Source: an uncultured virus (IMG/VR IMGVR_UViG_3300030104_005222) (lineage: Duplodnaviria; Heunggongvirae; Uroviricota; Caudoviricetes). Taken from it: 20,000 bases of DNA. The notes under the pieces were generated by a model. It was given only the letters and a program-made list of their open reading frames with translations. It ran no database searches and was not told where the DNA came from. Positions 16,261-20,000 of this stretch are shown here, in pieces. A program made the translations under genes and the position numbers. Location of the stretch: IMG/VR virus record IMGVR_UViG_3300030104_005222, positions 53,174 to 73,173 of that record; one strand, 5' to 3'. Within the stretch, counting starts at the first letter, position 1. Each line of letters opens with the position of its first letter.

Positions 16261-16881
16261 TTATGCAGCCTTGCGTTTGGGGTACTTGCCTTTGGCGTCT
16301 TGGACCTCAACGCTGAAGCGACCGAAGCCGTAGCCACGACTTGCTCCAATGCCACAGAAGTTTCCTGACTGGGTGATGAAGTGGATGATGTCATCGCGGT
16401 TCATCTTGTCGTTGCCGGAGTAGTTGATTGTAAATTCGCAGGACCATTCGGGTACGATTGCACGAGTGGTGGGCACTTGTACCATGCCGCTCTTCATGAT
16501 CGAATCGTATCGATAACGAGGATCGTTTGCGATTTCGTCGAGGTCGTCGGAACCACCGTGGATGAGCTTGGCTGGACCGGCGATGATGGCGTAACGTTTA
16601 CAGTTAGCTCCCATGCGGTCAAGCTTTGCACCGTCAATAAAGGCGGCGCGCAAGTTAGCGGCGGGGATATAAAGACCGAGTTCCTTATTCCAATAAAGAC
16701 CGGCTTTGACACGTAGGATGGACTGTTTTTCAAGGATTGCGTCGACGTCTGCGCCTTTGCGCTTGGAGGCCTTGTGCAATTCCTTGAGCCGCTTGGCGTA
16801 TTCGTTGCGGGGATCGGCAGTCTGGTTGTTGTCCATCATGAGAGGCCCGCGTCCGGTGATACGAAATGTAATTGATTTCAT
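16261..16881 (-). CDS. Stand-alone RAMP/Cas7-like (Csm3-like) protein
   Basis: N-terminal strand ITFRITGRGPLMM, YIPAANLRAAF (cf. RAMP IPGSSLKG), RAIVPEWSCEFTI, and a C-terminal Gly-rich loop GIGASRGYGFGRFSV; GGAG RBS. Confidence 0.75.
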   Translation of the reverse strand: MKSITFRITGRGPLMMDNNQTADPRNEYAKRLKELHKASKRKGADVDAILEKQSILRVKAGLYWNKELGLYIPAANLRAAFIDGAKLDRMGANCKRYAIIAGPAKLIHGGSDDLDEIANDPRYRYDSIMKSGMVQVPTTRAIVPEWSCEFTINYSGNDKMNRDDIIHFITQSGNFCGIGASRGYGFGRFSVEVQDAKGKYPKRKAA

Positions 16882-16884
16882 GGG

Positions 16885-17421
16885 TTACTCCGAGAAAGTT
16901 TGGTCGGGGATGATGATGTTGGGTTTGGTCTCGAGTGTGATCCGTTCGCGTGCGGCGTCACGCATTGCCTGTTGGGCGGACCCCTCAAGTGCACCGAGGC
17001 GAACCTGGTGATTGATTTTGCGGCGACGTTCCTGCATGTCGAGGTCGGAGTCGCGAGTCTTTTCGAGGATGCGGGAGCTTTTGCGGATCGCTTTGACGAT
17101 GTCACGGGTAGCGGTGGTTGAAGCGTAGTCAATGTTCTCGGCGGGGCGAAGGATCTCAAAGCCATAGCCGTAGACGGTGCGAGGGAAACGTCCGGTCTCT
17201 TCGAGGATGCGTTCGCGCCATGTCTCGCGCAGGTACATTAGGTTTAGGGACCATGACTGATGATCGGCGACTGGTTGGTCGTCAGTTGGTGGAGTCAACT
17301 GGGACATTGCGATGAGGTCATCGCTGCTGAGTGTGTAGCTGTCGGGTTGTGATTGTAAGAGTTCGGTGGTTGCCGATACGGCAAGCTCGATAGCGGTGGT
17401 TACTTGGCTTTGGGTGTACAT
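16885..17421 (-). CDS. Partner gene of the RAMP-like protein; possible winged-helix plus coiled coil
   Basis: Stop lies 3 nt before the RAMP start. Helix followed by wing-like RTVYGYGFEIL, then a long basic helix. Start moved to ATG 17421 because the upstream extension reads through array 2. Confidence 0.6.
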   Translation of the reverse strand: MYTQSQVTTAIELAVSATTELLQSQPDSYTLSSDDLIAMSQLTPPTDDQPVADHQSWSLNLMYLRETWRERILEETGRFPRTVYGYGFEILRPAENIDYASTTATRDIVKAIRKSSRILEKTRDSDLDMQERRRKINHQVRLGALEGSAQQAMRDAARERITLETKPNIIIPDQTFSE

Positions 17422-17431
17422 GAGTATCCAT

Positions 17432-17600
17432 GGTTGGGGTGATAAAAAGTGTGGTAGGGAAAGGTCTGAGCTGAGTAGGACAGGATAGGTGTGTGCTGGT
17501 TCGAGGCGGAGAGAAAGAAAGTGTGGGTGGGTGTGGGAAGGTCTGGGCTGGCACGAGGTGGAGAGTTGCAGGGTTTTGGTGCGTCTGGATGACCCTGCGA
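17432..17600. ncRNA. Pentamer-periodic array 2 (two tracts, linkers, hairpin); candidate guide-like ncRNA
   Basis: On + strand, G at every fifth base over 17453-17513 and 17525-17565. Linkers GATAAAAAGTGT and GAAAGAAAGTGT; hairpin TTGCAGGGTT...GACCCTGCGA. Confidence 0.7.
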
Positions 17601-17610
17601 ACCACAAGGA

Positions 17611-18543
17611 TTATTTGGCTTCGCCAACGTCGATGTACTCACGGATGCTGAGGTCGAACGCTGGAATGTGGGCGTCGGTTACTGAACCACCAGCGGCAGC
17701 GATAGCCTTGGTGGCGTGGTCGATACCGGCGAAGTGACGGAATGCCTGGTTGGGTGGAGTGCGTTGACCTGCTGCGGTGACAGCCTGGTATGCACTGAAC
17801 AGGTCATTGCCACCGTGTTCGTCATGCAACTCACCGTTGTGGCAGGCGTTCCAGTAACGGAAAGCTGCGTTGAATGAGTTGGGTTTGATGAGTCCACGGC
17901 TGAACAGGACGCCCATGTATGCACCGAATAAATCGTTTTGTACTGGGATGTCTTTCCAGCCCTGTACCATACGGATGCGTTCGAGCACTGGCGTTACAGC
18001 AGTGTCGGTGATGTCATCGATCATGTTACTGAGCGTTGAGAATACGTTGGTTGTGTGCTTGGCACTGACCATGTGCTCGCCCGAGAAACAACCGTTGGCA
18101 CACACGAATGGTGCACTGCCGATTGCAATCTGGTTAGAGATGGACTTGTCATAGCTTGAACGCAGTGCAACGGTGAGAGCCTGGCCGGTGAGACCGGAAC
18201 CGAAACCAATCATACCGAAGAGTTGACTGCCTTTCTGGTTGAGAGCATAGGTCTCGAACAGTGGGTCAGCATCAAGGACGTTGGCCATTGCATCGCGAGC
18301 ACCGTTGATCAAAGATGCGTACGGTACAGGTTGGTAAGATGCGTTGCCGGAACGTGGATGGTATTCCGTTTCAGGTACGGGGATGGCACATACCGTTTCG
18401 TAGTTGACTCGATATGCCTCGGGCGCACCGACGGTGCAGATCTGTTGAGACTTGAGGGCGGGAGGTGGTGCAACACGCGCGCGATTGAGATTATCGTTTA
18501 GGCGAGGTGCGTCGACAGGTTTGTGATTGTGGTTTTGAAACAT
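17611..18543 (-). CDS. DUF932/DUF945-family protein
   Basis: YQPV, LRSSYDKS and FVCANG motifs followed by KHT, plus a C-terminal DLFSAYQAVT (cf. W..YNA.T). Start moved to ATG 18543 (GAGG RBS). Confidence 0.7.
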   Translation of the reverse strand: MFQNHNHKPVDAPRLNDNLNRARVAPPPALKSQQICTVGAPEAYRVNYETVCAIPVPETEYHPRSGNASYQPVPYASLINGARDAMANVLDADPLFETYALNQKGSQLFGMIGFGSGLTGQALTVALRSSYDKSISNQIAIGSAPFVCANGCFSGEHMVSAKHTTNVFSTLSNMIDDITDTAVTPVLERIRMVQGWKDIPVQNDLFGAYMGVLFSRGLIKPNSFNAAFRYWNACHNGELHDEHGGNDLFSAYQAVTAAGQRTPPNQAFRHFAGIDHATKAIAAAGGSVTDAHIPAFDLSIREYIDVGEAK

Positions 18544-18550
18544 CGGTTCC

Positions 18551-18838
18551 TCATCGGTAGATGTAATGTTGGGGGTGGTTGTCGAGAGACAGTATGTAAA
18601 CGTTTTCCTGCTTAGCAGTAGATGGGTGATAGTAGTGACGGAAGTGGTGGTGCCAGGTAGTACTGGTTGTGGTTGGGCGTGTGGTGCCCATGTAGGACCA
18701 CTTCTCACCGCACTCGTGGTATCGCTTGGCGGGTGGGCCGAAGTCGATGGAAGTTAGATGGGTCCAGACCCGAGTCCATTCGGGACTCTCGGTGCGTAGC
18801 CAACGTAGGTTGGGGGCTATGAGATAGGTATCGTCCAT
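18551..18838 (-). CDS. Hypothetical protein, His/Trp-rich
   Basis: GEKWSYMGT...HHFRHYYHP motif; tiles within the operon. Confidence 0.55.
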   Translation of the reverse strand: MDDTYLIAPNLRWLRTESPEWTRVWTHLTSIDFGPPAKRYHECGEKWSYMGTTRPTTTSTTWHHHFRHYYHPSTAKQENVYILSLDNHPQHYIYR

Positions 18839-19101
18839 TGGGCAGTGTTTCCTTTGCGTGGGTTACGCGGTAAATCCTGAAGAAGAATGTGCAGATGAAT
18901 GCAGTCATTCGTCGGTAGGATGCCGTCGTATACAGCAAGGTAAAGCGCAGCAGTTTGTTCAAGTAGTGGTAGTACTTCGTGACTGTTTTTGTTTGCCTTC
19001 TTGACGAGAATCCGATTGGGGTTCTGTAATGTTTCGAGCCAGTTGATAAATGCTTGGCGTTTTTCCTCTGGGGTTGTGGGGGTTTTTTTACGTGGTGGCA
19101 T
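18817..19101 (-). CDS. Hypothetical protein
   Basis: ATG directly follows the ssb stop codon. Confidence 0.55.
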   Translation of the reverse strand: MPPRKKTPTTPEEKRQAFINWLETLQNPNRILVKKANKNSHEVLPLLEQTAALYLAVYDGILPTNDCIHLHILLQDLPRNPRKGNTAQWTIPIS

Positions 19102-19491
19102 TTAGAATGGGATCCCGTCGTCGTTTTGCCATTGGTTACCTGCAGGAGCGGGCGGAGCACTGGACTTGTTGGATGCACGAGAACCAAACTCGACACGGTC
19201 AGCGATGACTTCGAGACTTTTGCGTTCGATACCGGTCTTGTCAGTGTACGTACGTTTACGAATCTTGCCTTCGACAAGGATACGGGAACCCTTGGAAAGG
19301 TTTTGCGCGCAGACCTCGCCTTGACGTCCGAAGACTACGATGTTGTGCCACTCGGTGTGGTCGACCCATTCGCCGTCAACCTTGTCGCGTTCGTTAGTGG
19401 CAAGGCTGAGGTTGCAAACGGGCGTACCTTTTTTGGAGTGACGTAGTTCTGGATTGGCACCGAGGTTGCCAAATAGGATGGTGATGTTCAT
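19102..19491 (-). CDS. ssb: Single-stranded DNA-binding protein, bacterial type
   Basis: MN...L.GNLG..PELR, TEWHNIVVFG, L.KGS.I.VEGK and a C-terminal DDGIPF tail; GAGGA RBS. Confidence 0.95.
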   Translation of the reverse strand: MNITILFGNLGANPELRHSKKGTPVCNLSLATNERDKVDGEWVDHTEWHNIVVFGRQGEVCAQNLSKGSRILVEGKIRKRTYTDKTGIERKSLEVIADRVEFGSRASNKSSAPPAPAGNQWQNDDGIPF

Positions 19492-19512
19492 GAGTTGTCC
19501 TCGTTTAAAGAT

Positions 19513-19572
19513 TAGTAGGGTGCTGGTTTTTGACCCTGCTAGTTAGTTGATTCGCGGCTTTCGAAACCAGCA
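19513..19572. promoter_or_regulatory. Intergenic structured element with overlapping inverted repeats
   Basis: TGCTGGTTT (19521-29) / AAACCAGCA (19564-72) and TAGTAGGGT (19513-21) / ACCCTGCTA (19533-41). Confidence 0.4.
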
Positions 19573-19590
19573 AAAGGGGTGGCCACTTTG

Positions 19591-19986
19591 TTAAGATGTT
19601 TGGTTGGAGTGCAAACGCGCAACGACCATGTTCAGATGACATATGAACATGTTGTCATCCATGATGTTGCCGAAGGAGATGGTCGCATCTCGTTCGATAA
19701 GAGAGTCGATCGTGTGGGTGATGTCTTTGATAAGCTCGTCCTGGTTGTCAGGTAGACGTTCCTTGTTGGCGTAAAGTACCAATCCGTTGACATCACTTAT
19801 CGTAAGGGTGAGCCCTGTGCCTGCGCCAAGCCGGACAGAATTTGCGTAGGCAATCCATGGTGCGCCCATTAGAATGTCGCGTCCGTAAAGGTAACCAGCG
19901 TACATGATCAGATCCAGTGGTGTACCTTTCCAAAAGGGCCAGTCAGCTACGCGCACCTGGTTGTCGGTGTTGTGGTCATTGATCAT
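19591..19986 (-). CDS. Hypothetical protein
   Basis: TAAGGAG RBS upstream of ATG 19986. Confidence 0.65.
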   Translation of the reverse strand: MINDHNTDNQVRVADWPFWKGTPLDLIMYAGYLYGRDILMGAPWIAYANSVRLGAGTGLTLTISDVNGLVLYANKERLPDNQDELIKDITHTIDSLIERDATISFGNIMDDNMFICHLNMVVARLHSNQTS

Positions 19987-20000
19987 TGGCGGGCTCCTTA

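Noticed and set aside
16092..16333. + strand ORFs 16092-16316 and 16151-16333 (also 17489-17737)
   Set aside because: Gly/Trp/Val-rich translations of the G-rich arrays, antisense to the operon and overlapping real genes.
17422..17607. 62-aa N-terminal extension of the partner gene
   Set aside because: Pro/Ser/His/Leu-rich read-through of array 2. ATG 17421 has a GGA RBS and starts a more protein-like sequence.
16090..17610. Classical CRISPR array
   Set aside because: There are no 23-47 nt identical repeats with unique spacers. The structure is 5-nt periodicity with short linkers.
18705..19277. 190-aa - strand ORF (also 13124-13687 and 16878-17165)
   Set aside because: Alternative frames overlapping ssb or other better-supported genes on the same strand.

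Overview
A 20 kb piece of a tailed dsDNA phage (or prophage) genome with two convergent blocks. The + strand block (1-12429) is a replication/recombination module: SNF2-like helicase C-terminus, Cas4-like PD-(D/E)XK exonuclease, Sak4-like ATPase, phage SSB-like protein, a UDG-PolA fusion with unusual active-site substitutions, a Rad50/SbcC-like ATPase, an NrdR-type Zn ribbon, a DUF927 helicase and a probable small terminase. One antisense histone-H1-like gene interrupts it. The - strand block (12602-19986) is an early-type region of tightly coupled small genes, tRNA-Leu(UAA), a DUF932-like gene and ssb, ending at an intrinsic terminator near 12.5 kb. The most notable locus is 16090-17610. A stand-alone RAMP/Cas7-like gene and a partner gene are flanked on both sides by non-coding arrays with strict 5-nt periodicity (G every fifth base, mostly GG-N-NN), conserved AAAGTGT linkers and terminal hairpins. 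This is a candidate non-CRISPR RNA-guided system. All family calls come from motif recognition by eye; no database searches were run.
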